A stretch of 30,017 nt of DNA from Bdellovibrionota bacterium (GCA_044345405.1 JBIJBE010000041.1:1-30017); one strand, 5' to 3'. Shown: positions 10,325-18,140, numbered from the stretch's first letter. The notes: a model not told the origin generated them from the letters alone. Translations and numbers: made by a program.

Positions 10325-10478
10325 TGAGACGTAAGACGTAAGACGTGGGACGTAAGACGTAAAACGTGAGACGTGAGACGTGAGACGTGAGACGTGAGAC
10401 GTGAGACGTGAGACGTGAGACGTGAGACGTGAGACGTGAGACGTGAGACGTGAGACGTGAGACGTGAGACGTGAGACG
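10325..10478. repeat. heptamer tandem array, 22 units, including 16 perfect TGAGACG (10367-10478)
   Basis: Read directly: TGAGACG, TAAGACG x2, TGGGACG, TAAGACG, TAAAACG, then (TGAGACG)16. Confidence 0.97.
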
Positions 10479-10590
10479 ATTATCGTCAACGATCAACGCC
10501 TTACGTCAATACCTAACCGTCAATCGTCGTCGTCAACGAAACTTTGCGGAACAAGACTCCATGGGTTCTTTGCTCTCCGTACGTTCGAAG

Positions 10591-10718
10591 TCGTTCACGA
10601 TGACGTCGACGTAGAACGTAGGACGTAGAACGTAGGACGTAGGACGTAGGACGTAGAACGGTACCCGTCAACCGGGGGGGGACGTCTATACGTCATCCTG
10701 AACCGTCATCGTCAACGA
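10591..10718. repeat. ACGT-core element: 15-bp inverted repeat enclosing a 7-unit TAG(G/A)ACG array
   Basis: TCGTTCACGATGACG (10591-10605) pairs with CGTCATCGTCAACGA (10704-10718) at 14/15 positions. Heptamer array at 10612-10660. Leader CGATGACGTCGACGT at 10598-10612. Confidence 0.88.
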
Positions 10719-11065
10719 GGTTTGGCTGAGAGCTTTGAGAGCATTTGAACGATTCGAAGAACAAGGGACCGATGAGCTTCAAGTAGCGAGGGATCTGCTA
10801 GGTTGAGTGCTTTTGCGCAGTCGATAATGGCACTACATTCAAGAGCAGAGCCGCGGGCGATCTCGAAAAATCGTCTCCGCTCCAACAGTGAGCACTTGCC
10901 GGATCCTTCGGCGATATTCAGTGGCACAGAGAGGCTAGCTCTCCTCAGCTGATCTCCGAGATGAGCAAATCCCTTCGGTAGGCTGTCGTTGAGCTGACTA
11001 GCTGCGGCAAGAAATTCCATGGAGCACTGATAGACATCAAGCTTTTGGTATCCAAAGTCATTCAT
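10712..11065 (-). CDS. four-helix-bundle protein (23S rRNA intervening-sequence protein-like)
   Basis: FGYQKLDVYQ, DQLRRASLSVPLNIAEGSG and FFEIARGSALEC are typical family motifs. Likely start is ATG 11065 (117 aa) rather than 11146, which lies inside the upstream repeat. Confidence 0.92.
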   Translation of the reverse strand: MNDFGYQKLDVYQCSMEFLAAASQLNDSLPKGFAHLGDQLRRASLSVPLNIAEGSGKCSLLERRRFFEIARGSALECSAIIDCAKALNLADPSLLEAHRSLVLRIVQMLSKLSAKPR

Positions 11066-11127
11066 GCCGTTGATAATCGGAGACAGCGAATGAAAGTTGC
11101 TTGCAGTGAAGTGAAAAAGGGGAAGCT

Positions 11128-11214
11128 CGCTGACGTTGACGTCCACGCAGGACGCACAACGAAACTCGTCTACGGTAACCGGTCTACGTCAGGCGTTTTA
11201 CGTCAACGTCAGCG
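11128..11214. repeat. ACGT-core hairpin with a 15-bp perfect inverted repeat
   Basis: CGCTGACGTTGACGT (11128-11142) and ACGTCAACGTCAGCG (11200-11214). Lies between the mnmA stop and the four-helix-bundle start. Confidence 0.88.
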
Positions 11215-11227
11215 TTCCCACCGCCCC

Positions 11228-12370
11228 CTACTTCGCAATCCGTCCCCCAGCCAACAGTTCCTCATTCTGAAGATCGTACACCACCGCGGCCTGTCCTGGT
11301 GAAATCGCGGCCCACTCATCGTGCCAAGTAAACGAGCACGTATCTTTGTCGATCACCTTCATCCGGGCCCGCACGCCATGGTGTCGAGAACGCACCTGCA
11401 CGATGACATCGAGTTCAAAGCCTGACTCCCCTGCCCCAATCCGTTTGATGAGCTGAGGATTTACCCAGTGCATCTCCCGCACCGTAAAGTTTTCGCGCTT
11501 CAGATCTTCTCGCGAACCGAGGATAACGCGATGAGTAGCGGGATCAAGATCGACAACATACAGGGGTTCCGAAAGCCCTCCGATGTTAAGTCCTTTGCGC
11601 TGACCGACGGTGAAGCGATGAATTCCCTCATGCTCGCCGATCTTGGTGCCGTCCTTGAGAACGAAATCACCCTTCTGTCGACGGCCGCCAATTTTAGCGA
11701 CGAAGTCCTGAACACTTCCCGCAACGAAACAGATATCTTGGCTCTCGGGCTTATCAGCGGTTACGAGCCCTACCTCGCGCGCGATCTCTCTAATCTGAGG
11801 CTTTGTGTAATCTCCAATCGGGAAGATCGTTTTTCCGAGTTCATCCTGACGACAGGTATACAAGAAATAGCTTTGGTCCTTATCGCGATCGACACCACGC
11901 AAGAGATGGAATCCATCAGCGGATTCTCTGATACGAGCGTAGTGACCTGTTGCGACGTGTGAGCACCCGAAACTGAGTGCTCGCTCACGCAGCTCTCGAA
12001 ACTTCACCCGACTGTTACAATCGATACATGGGTTCGGCGTCATTCCGAGCTGGTAGGTTTCAACGAAGCGGTTGATAACCTCTTTCTCGAAGTACGCCTC
12101 AAAATCCACAACGTAGTACGGCATGTCGAGCTTCGCCGCCACGCGCCGCGCGTCGTTGAAATCAGCGGGAGAGCAACACGTTGCTTTACTATTGTCTGAG
12201 CAGCTTTTCTTGTAGTCCCATACTTGCATCGATACACCGACGAGCTGTGCGCCCGTTTTCGCGAGAAGATACGCGGCAACGGAGGAATCAACTCCTCCGG
12301 ACATGGCGACCACGATAGACCTATCGGTCATCGACATTGACGTTAGCTTTTCAGCGGCTTCAGTGGACAT
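11228..12370 (-). CDS. mnmA: tRNA 2-thiouridylase MnmA
   Basis: AMSGGVDSS, TPNPCIDCN, ATGHYA, KDQSYFL, ESQDICF, FTVGQRKGL, ISPGQAAV. Confidence 0.97.
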   Translation of the reverse strand: MSTEAAEKLTSMSMTDRSIVVAMSGGVDSSVAAYLLAKTGAQLVGVSMQVWDYKKSCSDNSKATCCSPADFNDARRVAAKLDMPYYVVDFEAYFEKEVINRFVETYQLGMTPNPCIDCNSRVKFRELRERALSFGCSHVATGHYARIRESADGFHLLRGVDRDKDQSYFLYTCRQDELGKTIFPIGDYTKPQIREIAREVGLVTADKPESQDICFVAGSVQDFVAKIGGRRQKGDFVLKDGTKIGEHEGIHRFTVGQRKGLNIGGLSEPLYVVDLDPATHRVILGSREDLKRENFTVREMHWVNPQLIKRIGAGESGFELDVIVQVRSRHHGVRARMKVIDKDTCSFTWHDEWAAISPGQAAVVYDLQNEELLAGGRIAK

Positions 12371-12380
12371 ACAGAACTCA

Positions 12381-13526
12381 CTATCCTTTTTGAACGACCG
12401 TACGCATCCGTGTCACCGCGTTGGTCAGCGCGCTCACAATATGTGGCACCGTAGCAAGCGGAAGGTCCGCTCGAAAACTCACTCGGATTGTAGAGCGCGT
12501 TCGCTCCTCATCCTGCCCCATCGCCATCAGGACGTGTGACGGCTCAGGCTTTCCAGAGGTACACGCGGCGCCGGAAGAGATAAGCACACGCTCAAGATCC
12601 ATCGCGACGATCAGGTCGTCAGCGCGAACACCTGGAATGTAGACGCTTGAGGTATTCGGAAGTCGCGATGCTCGAGCGCCGTTGATGATGCAGTCAGGAA
12701 GTTCACGAGACACGAGCGACTCAAATTCGTCCCTCAGCTCCTTCATCACCTCAGATCGAGAGGGAAGCTCCGCCGCGATCATATCGCACACCGCCCCAAA
12801 CACAGCGATCCCGAGAACGTTCTCTGTTCCTCCACGAAGTTTACTCTCCTGCGAGCCACCGAGGAGGAGCGGCTCAACGTGAACGCCTTCGCGGATACAC
12901 AACGCTCCTGTCCCAGAGAGCGCTCCTACCTTGTGAGCGGAGATCGTCATCAGATCAACCCCAAGCTCCCTCATCGAAACGCCCCCCTTACCGAGAAGTT
13001 GCGCGGCGTCGGTATGGACCAGCGCCCGAGGAGCGATCTGACGAACCCGCTCCACTATTTCAGCGATAGGATTGATCACACCCGTCTCGTTGTTGGCGGT
13101 CATGATGGAGACCAGCGCGGTATCTGAGGTTACCACCGCGGCGACAGATTCAGCCGTGATAACACCTTCGGCGTTAGGAGACACAAAGGTGACCGCTCGT
13201 CCCCGTGCCGCAAGGCGTCGTAGCGGCTGAAGGATGCAGGGATGCTCTGTGGACGCGGAAACTATCGGACCGCTATGGTTAGCGACGGCTGCGATAACGG
13301 CATTGTTAGCTTCGGTCGCGCCGGAGGTGAACACGAGGGTGTCCTTATCCCCTGCCCCAATCAATCGCTTCACGGAGGCTCGAGCCTCCTCTACCGCCGC
13401 CCTCGCCCGCTGACCTCCCCGATGAAGGGAGCTTGGATTACCTACGGACCCAAGGCACGAGGAGATAACCCCGCGAATTCTCTCATCAGGCGCGTACGTG
13501 GCGTTGGCGTCGCAATCGATAATCAC
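12381..13526 (-). CDS. cysteine desulfurase (IscS/NifS-like, group I)
   Basis: GNPSSLH, FTSGATEANN, ANNETGVI, HTDAAQ, PLP-lysine SAHK, GGTEN and catalytic SSGAACTS. Directly upstream of mnmA. Confidence 0.93.
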   Translation of the reverse strand: MIIDCDANATYAPDERIRGVISSCLGSVGNPSSLHRGGQRARAAVEEARASVKRLIGAGDKDTLVFTSGATEANNAVIAAVANHSGPIVSASTEHPCILQPLRRLAARGRAVTFVSPNAEGVITAESVAAVVTSDTALVSIMTANNETGVINPIAEIVERVRQIAPRALVHTDAAQLLGKGGVSMRELGVDLMTISAHKVGALSGTGALCIREGVHVEPLLLGGSQESKLRGGTENVLGIAVFGAVCDMIAAELPSRSEVMKELRDEFESLVSRELPDCIINGARASRLPNTSSVYIPGVRADDLIVAMDLERVLISSGAACTSGKPEPSHVLMAMGQDEERTRSTIRVSFRADLPLATVPHIVSALTNAVTRMRTVVQKG

Positions 13527-13593
13527 GGCTAAAAAGCCTCATTTTATTTAGGGATTTGGGCGTCTACCGACCTTCCAGATAGGGTAACTTACA

Positions 13594-13881
13594 ATGGATG
13601 CTCGCATTACGCAAAGCATCGGAGTAGTAGGCGCCCAGGTGTTGAACAGCCAATTTGCGGCAAATCAGGTCCGAGCGACCCAGGTAGCGCAGCAAGCGGG
13701 AGTTCAAGCGAGGGACAACAAAGCCCGAGCGAGCCAAAGCGCCACTAAAGTAAGCACCAACGATAAGGAACGTTCTATAGACCAGGATGGTCGCGTTGAA
13801 GGAGCCTTCGCCGACCAAGAGATCAACGATGGATCTCACGACGGCAAAGCCCCCGTTCAACGGTTGAACCGTGTAGCTTAA
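13594..13881 (+). CDS. small Gln/Ala-rich hypothetical protein
   Basis: 95-aa ORF divergent from the desulfurase. Fills the gap before the ComEA-like gene. Confidence 0.6.
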   Translation: MDARITQSIGVVGAQVLNSQFAANQVRATQVAQQAGVQARDNKARASQSATKVSTNDKERSIDQDGRVEGAFADQEINDGSHDGKAPVQRLNRVA

Positions 13882-13929
13882 TCCGGTCGCAGACGAAACA
13901 TTTTGGAGAGATAGCCGATTGGTCACCGC

Positions 13930-14337
13930 ATGTCGTGGCGCACTACCGGTCTATCTATCCTTATCCTTCTCGCATTCCTCGCGATGAGGATCCCTCCGCT
14001 CCTGTCCCCACCTCCTGAGGTTCAACCATCGTGGCTTCTCCCTCCTTCGTACGACGATCCTGAAGGACGCTTAGCGATGGGATACAAACTGCCGCTTCGG
14101 TGCGCCGACGTGTGGAGCCTCGAGCTCCTCAAAGGGATCTCCGATACCCTCGCGTTTGAGATCGTGGCGAAACGATCTGAGATTGCGCGAAGCGTTCGGA
14201 GCGAGGGCGAGCTCAACGCGCTCCAGCACGCGCACGGAATCGGGAAAAAAACCGCGAGCAAGCTTCTCCCCTATTTAGACCTTACGGAGAGGTGCGAGGT
14301 ATCTGAAAAATTCGAGGTGTGGGACGATCGGCCGTGA
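13930..14337 (+). CDS. ComEA-like membrane-anchored helix-hairpin-helix DNA-binding protein
   Basis: N-terminal hydrophobic anchor. Two HhH-like motifs, LELLKGISDTLAFEIV and LQHAHGIGKKTASKL. Confidence 0.7.
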   Translation: MSWRTTGLSILILLAFLAMRIPPLLSPPPEVQPSWLLPPSYDDPEGRLAMGYKLPLRCADVWSLELLKGISDTLAFEIVAKRSEIARSVRSEGELNALQHAHGIGKKTASKLLPYLDLTERCEVSEKFEVWDDRP

Positions 14338-14356
14338 CACATCGCGCCAGGTGAAT

Positions 14357-14495
14357 ATCGTCCCCTCCTCTGGTGCACCGTACTCTATGCACGCAGCCTG
14401 AGCGCCGCACCGTAAATCAGAAATAGTTTCAGCTACCCTTCGATATCAACGGCTTCGTCTATTTTTGAAAAGTAGGGTGCACCAGAAGGAAGGGG
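14357..14495. mobile_element. 139-bp MITE-like element, copy 1
   Basis: 137/139 identical to 16123-16261. Internal terminal inverted repeat TCTGGTGCACCGTACT (14369-14384) / AGTAGGGTGCACCAGA (14471-14486). The right end is followed by a partial tandem duplication (GGGCACCAGAAGGAAGGGGG). Confidence 0.75.
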
Positions 14496-14512
14496 GGCAC
14501 CAGAAGGAAGGG

Positions 14513-14737
14513 GGCCCCAAATGAAGAGCACAGATGCGTATCATCACCTTCATCCAAGACACCCACTGCCACCTCGCCAAAGCGAAGCGACGGCGGGCAA
14601 TCAAAGACATCATGAAGGCACAAGGTATCCCCAACTTTCAGGCACCTCCACCTATTCCTAAGTTCATCGATACTGTGGAGGCTGTCGATGAACTCCCCTG
14701 CTACGACTCCTTTGAGCCGCCTACTGATGACTTCTAA
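14513..14737 (+). pseudogene. C-terminal remnant of an IS91/ISCR-like (Y2) transposase
   Basis: In frame G-P-K-stop-R-A-Q-MRIITFIQD...AIKDIMKAQGIP...APPP resembles the CPxC-xx-MRIIAFIxD..I..IL..LG..PPP tail of IS91-family transposases. The upstream part is missing. Confidence 0.6.
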
Positions 14738-14892
14738 AACCCGCTTCCTCTGATCCATCTCGGCGGAACAAGTATCGGTCCACTACTACAGTTCAATTAC
14801 TTACAAAAAAGCGATTGGTCGTCCTTATTTACTCACAGGTTCTGTAACTATGGTGTTCCTTCTAGTAAGCACACGAAATCGCGCTATCCTTA

Positions 14893-15306
14893 ATGTTCGA
14901 AAAATCGTACACTATACGCATGGAGCATCTTCTCGTCTCGTACTTAGCACAAGATCTGACCTTCAAGATCATACGCGGCCTCTTCTCTGGCGGAGCGCCC
15001 CGTCACCTACGAGACCTTGCGCGAGACTATGCGGCCTCCCCTGCCGGCGTCGCCGACGTGATCAAACGACTAAAGGACGCTGGCGTTGTGGTCGAGACAA
15101 GACAGGGAAATCGACGGCTCATTAGCCTAAAGATAAGCGAACGAGAACACGAATCACTTGCGAGCCTCTTTGCCGTGTACGAGGCTCATCTCGTAAGAAC
15201 GAGGGCTAAGCGCATCAACCGTCACCCAGATCGCGTTGCAAACAAACTTGCAGATATGAACGAGATGTACGAATTCTACCGAACAGCCAAACAGAGGCTC
15301 CGATGA
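14893..15306 (+). CDS. winged-HTH DNA-binding protein (putative antitoxin/regulator)
   Basis: HLRDLARDYAASPAGVADVIKRLKDAGVVVETRQGNRRLI is a wHTH pattern. Alternative start ATG 14920. ATGA overlap with the next gene. Confidence 0.8.
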   Translation: MFEKSYTIRMEHLLVSYLAQDLTFKIIRGLFSGGAPRHLRDLARDYAASPAGVADVIKRLKDAGVVVETRQGNRRLISLKISEREHESLASLFAVYEAHLVRTRAKRINRHPDRVANKLADMNEMYEFYRTAKQRLR

Positions 15307-15908
15307 GACTTACACCACTCAAAGCGTTACAGAGAACGGTCGCGGCTCTGTCGGAGTTGCCCTGTCGTTTTTGTCTCGTTGGAGGGCATGCAGCGAGTCT
15401 CTATCGCTCTCAGGAGCGCTTCACTAAGGATGTCGATTTCGCACTTGTCGCTGATGCTAAGGGCAAGTCTCGCGCAATTGCGTCGCAAGCGATCAAAAAA
15501 ATAGGCATGAAGCCGGTTGCGGGGTTTATGGTGTTAGGCGATACCGCACGATCGCAACGCGCTCTATGCATGGTCACCTCGGAGCCACCGGCTTCTGAGC
15601 TCACGGGGATGGTAGATATACTGCTACCAGAAGTGCCCTGGGTTTTAGAGGCCGTTGGACGGGCACAAGACAACCTTATCGATCTTGGATTCGCAAAGGT
15701 TCCTGTAATCACCGCCGAGGATCTGATCCTTGCCAAGTGCTATGCAGTGCGAAACTCCCCCGACCGATTTCAAGATCTCGATGACTTGAAGCAGCTCTTT
15801 CAGGATGTAAGAGACCTCGACACCGACTACCTTCGGCGCAGGTTCGTTGAGCTAAAGCTCACGATACCAGAGCAGATCAGGCAGTTTGCGCCGGATGTGC
15901 TCGGGTAA
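15303..15908 (+). CDS. nucleotidyltransferase (AbiEii/DUF6036-like), putative type IV toxin
   Basis: LVGGHAASLY...RFTKDVDF (GG..RxTxDxD Pol-beta-like motif) and EDLILAK...RFQDLDDL. Confidence 0.82.
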   Translation: MRLTPLKALQRTVAALSELPCRFCLVGGHAASLYRSQERFTKDVDFALVADAKGKSRAIASQAIKKIGMKPVAGFMVLGDTARSQRALCMVTSEPPASELTGMVDILLPEVPWVLEAVGRAQDNLIDLGFAKVPVITAEDLILAKCYAVRNSPDRFQDLDDLKQLFQDVRDLDTDYLRRRFVELKLTIPEQIRQFAPDVLG

Positions 15909-16003
15909 TGGATAGCGGCTCTTCGTGGAATCGAGTGGGTAACACTCGGTAGTACGTTTCAGCTGTAGCCGGGCTACTTTTATGAAGCGGGAGAAAGCGA
16001 CCA

Positions 16004-16110
16004 CGATGACGTCGACGTCTGACGTACCACGGCAACCGTCGACGTCGTACGTTCTACGTCAACGTCAACGTAGGACGTCAAACGGTTTACGTCATTCGCA
16101 AACGTCATCG
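16004..16110. repeat. ACGT-core element without a long array
   Basis: Starts with the leader CGATGACGTCGACGT and ends ACGTCATCG (inverted copy of the start). Internal ACGTCA/TAGGACG units. Confidence 0.8.
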
Positions 16111-16122
16111 TCTGCGAAGCGC

Positions 16123-16261
16123 ATCGTCCCCTCCTCTGGTGCACCGTACTTTATGCACGCAGCCTGAGCGCCGCACCGTAAATCAGAAATAGTTTCAGCT
16201 ACCCTTCGATATCAACGGCTTCGTCTATTTTTGAAAAGTAGGGTGCACCAGAATGAAGGGG
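16123..16261. mobile_element. 139-bp MITE-like element, copy 2 (direct orientation)
   Basis: Differs from copy 1 only at 16151 and 16254. Offset 1766 bp. Confidence 0.75.
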
Positions 16262-16328
16262 CTTCGTAAATGAGCACACGATACAGCCCCGCAGGGAACG
16301 CCCCCAAAGTACCAAGTACTAACCCCGA

Positions 16329-17894
16329 CTAGGGCGCAACTCGGACGCCACGACCACCAAAATCAATCAAGCGTTGTGCCCATGTCCGCGTTGCATTGTA
16401 ACGATCCGAGAGTCGTGCATGACCACTACCTAAGCTGAACACACCTCCACGAGAACCCGAGCCCGTAGCTCCAGTTCCAGGCCATGTGCTAACATTAGGA
16501 TTCCCACTGCTATCAAGTACCCCATTGCCGTGATTGCGGCCTGCGAAGAGACGTCCGGTGCTATTTCCTACCGTGACGGGTCGCTCATAAAGATTCCCTG
16601 ACAGGTCCATCGCTCCATAGTAGCCAGCGCCAGCCGCTATCCGCGTCGCTACACCATACGCAAAGCTCCCCACCCTTACGGGGCCTGGAACAGATGTGTG
16701 ATTATTAAACGCCATATTTGCTCCACTCTGGGCCCGCTCAGAGACAAGACCGGGATTCGAGATGCTCGTGGCTTGCGTAAGGCTCGTGCTACCCCACGCA
16801 TACTCTCCCGAAACAGCGCGGTACGGCCCTCGACCACCTCGCTCGAACTCTAACTCACTCATCGGGCGCAACCCGCTCCAATCGAGGTACGCTGTAAGAT
16901 CTGCCCATGAAATGTAGTTCACCGCGACACCCTCATACGTTGCCCCACCTCCATTGTCAGGCAGCGTCGCATCACCGGAAGACCAACTTACGTTGTTGCG
17001 AGCGGTTAAATTATCGCTATTCTTTCCAGTTGCTGAAGTAATATCTCGAGTGCTTTTTTGCGTTGTTGTGAGGGTATTAAAAAACGCTACCCACTGTCCT
17101 TGAGAGAGCTCACCCTTCATCATGTAGAACGCCTGATAGCCCTTGGGGAACTCTGTCGGTATAGTAAACTGAGCTCCGGCTGCATCTCCATTGAGTACAC
17201 TGCCGGGATAGTAATACTCAGCCGCTTTTTCAGCTTGTCCCGTCCCTGTGCCTTGAGCATTTGCAGGGCTCGACATAACTATCTCACCCTCACTACCGAT
17301 CCACCACGGGTCGTTGTCAGTGCTCCCCTGCTTAAAGCTATAGGCTGACGTTGCGTTGTCTCCGGCGAAAAATCCACCCTGCGGCACGTACACCATCTCT
17401 ATCCCAAAGACCCGGATATCAACCGTATCGCTTCCAGTCACACCGTCCTGCGAGTAGTTCCAACTTAAACTCGTTCCAGTCGTGGAGAAAGTTCCTACTC
17501 CATCACCACTCCGATACAAGAACACTCCCACGCCAGGATTCGTAGCGATATTGAACGCTGAACTCGTATCAGGATACCCAACTGAGATGGTTGCAGCGGT
17601 TCCTGAACCGGCTGAGTGTCCGGTATCGTTTAAGCTTGCGTGTGCCCAGTTGCCGCCGTTCTTTCTAAACTTTATAAAGATCCACGCCGCGTCCCAATTG
17701 TTTGGCGCAGGGGCACCCGGTGCTGCAGTGCGCCAGGAGTTCGTCCACGTAGCATCGAAGGTAACTGTCGTGCTACCGCCGCTTAACGTACCACGTTGTA
17801 TGTTGGTGACATTGATACCGCTGCACGAGCCCTCGAGCACGACCAAGAGTTCGAGGGCAACCGCTATCAAGAGTGCCACGCAGGGAAATCTCAT
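16329..17894 (-). CDS. exported FGE-sulfatase/SUMF1-like (C-type lectin fold) protein
   Basis: Signal-like N-terminus. WDAAWIFIKFR, EMVYVPQGGF, WSGLRPMSELEFE, YAWG, MDLSGNLYE and terminal RGG...R.SDR...FGGRGVR. Confidence 0.88.
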   Translation of the reverse strand: MRFPCVALLIAVALELLVVLEGSCSGINVTNIQRGTLSGGSTTVTFDATWTNSWRTAAPGAPAPNNWDAAWIFIKFRKNGGNWAHASLNDTGHSAGSGTAATISVGYPDTSSAFNIATNPGVGVFLYRSGDGVGTFSTTGTSLSWNYSQDGVTGSDTVDIRVFGIEMVYVPQGGFFAGDNATSAYSFKQGSTDNDPWWIGSEGEIVMSSPANAQGTGTGQAEKAAEYYYPGSVLNGDAAGAQFTIPTEFPKGYQAFYMMKGELSQGQWVAFFNTLTTTQKSTRDITSATGKNSDNLTARNNVSWSSGDATLPDNGGGATYEGVAVNYISWADLTAYLDWSGLRPMSELEFERGGRGPYRAVSGEYAWGSTSLTQATSISNPGLVSERAQSGANMAFNNHTSVPGPVRVGSFAYGVATRIAAGAGYYGAMDLSGNLYERPVTVGNSTGRLFAGRNHGNGVLDSSGNPNVSTWPGTGATGSGSRGGVFSLGSGHARLSDRYNATRTWAQRLIDFGGRGVRVAP

Positions 17895-18140
17895 GTGTCT
17901 GATATCGGTAAGATTGGTGAGGGCTCTTAAGGGGGAATATAAGAAAGGGAGGGCGCGGGGGCAAGTAATTGAAATTATTCCCCCAACCCTAACCTGGAGG
18001 CTCGCTACTCGAAAGTCCTCAGGGCATCGACTCGTTGAATCTAGCTCCGGATCAAGCCGAGCCTTGAGCAGCTGTCGTTATTGAGAAATGAGGGTAGCGC
18101 GGATACGGGGGGAAAAATATTCGCGAGCCGGCGCACGTTC

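Noticed and set aside
10247-10496. ORFs encoding (SRLTSHV)n
   Set aside because: These are translations of the stop-free strand of the heptamer array. The same peptide appears in several frames, so they are not credible genes.
10325-10660. Possible CRISPR array
   Set aside because: Units are contiguous 7-mers without unique spacers, and there are no cas genes.
10712-11065. 23S rRNA intervening sequence or DGR Avd gene
   Set aside because: There is no rRNA sequence around it and no adjacent RT/TR. The motifs fit the generic four-helix-bundle family.
14357-14495. Integron attC site
   Set aside because: The ends lack the RYYYAAC...GTTRRRY boxes and there is no integron integrase.
14446-14758. 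Minus-strand ORFs (62 and 99 aa)
   Set aside because: They are antisense to the transposase remnant and run into the repeat.
15982-16167. 61-aa ORF
   Set aside because: It is made of the ACGT element and the MITE left end.
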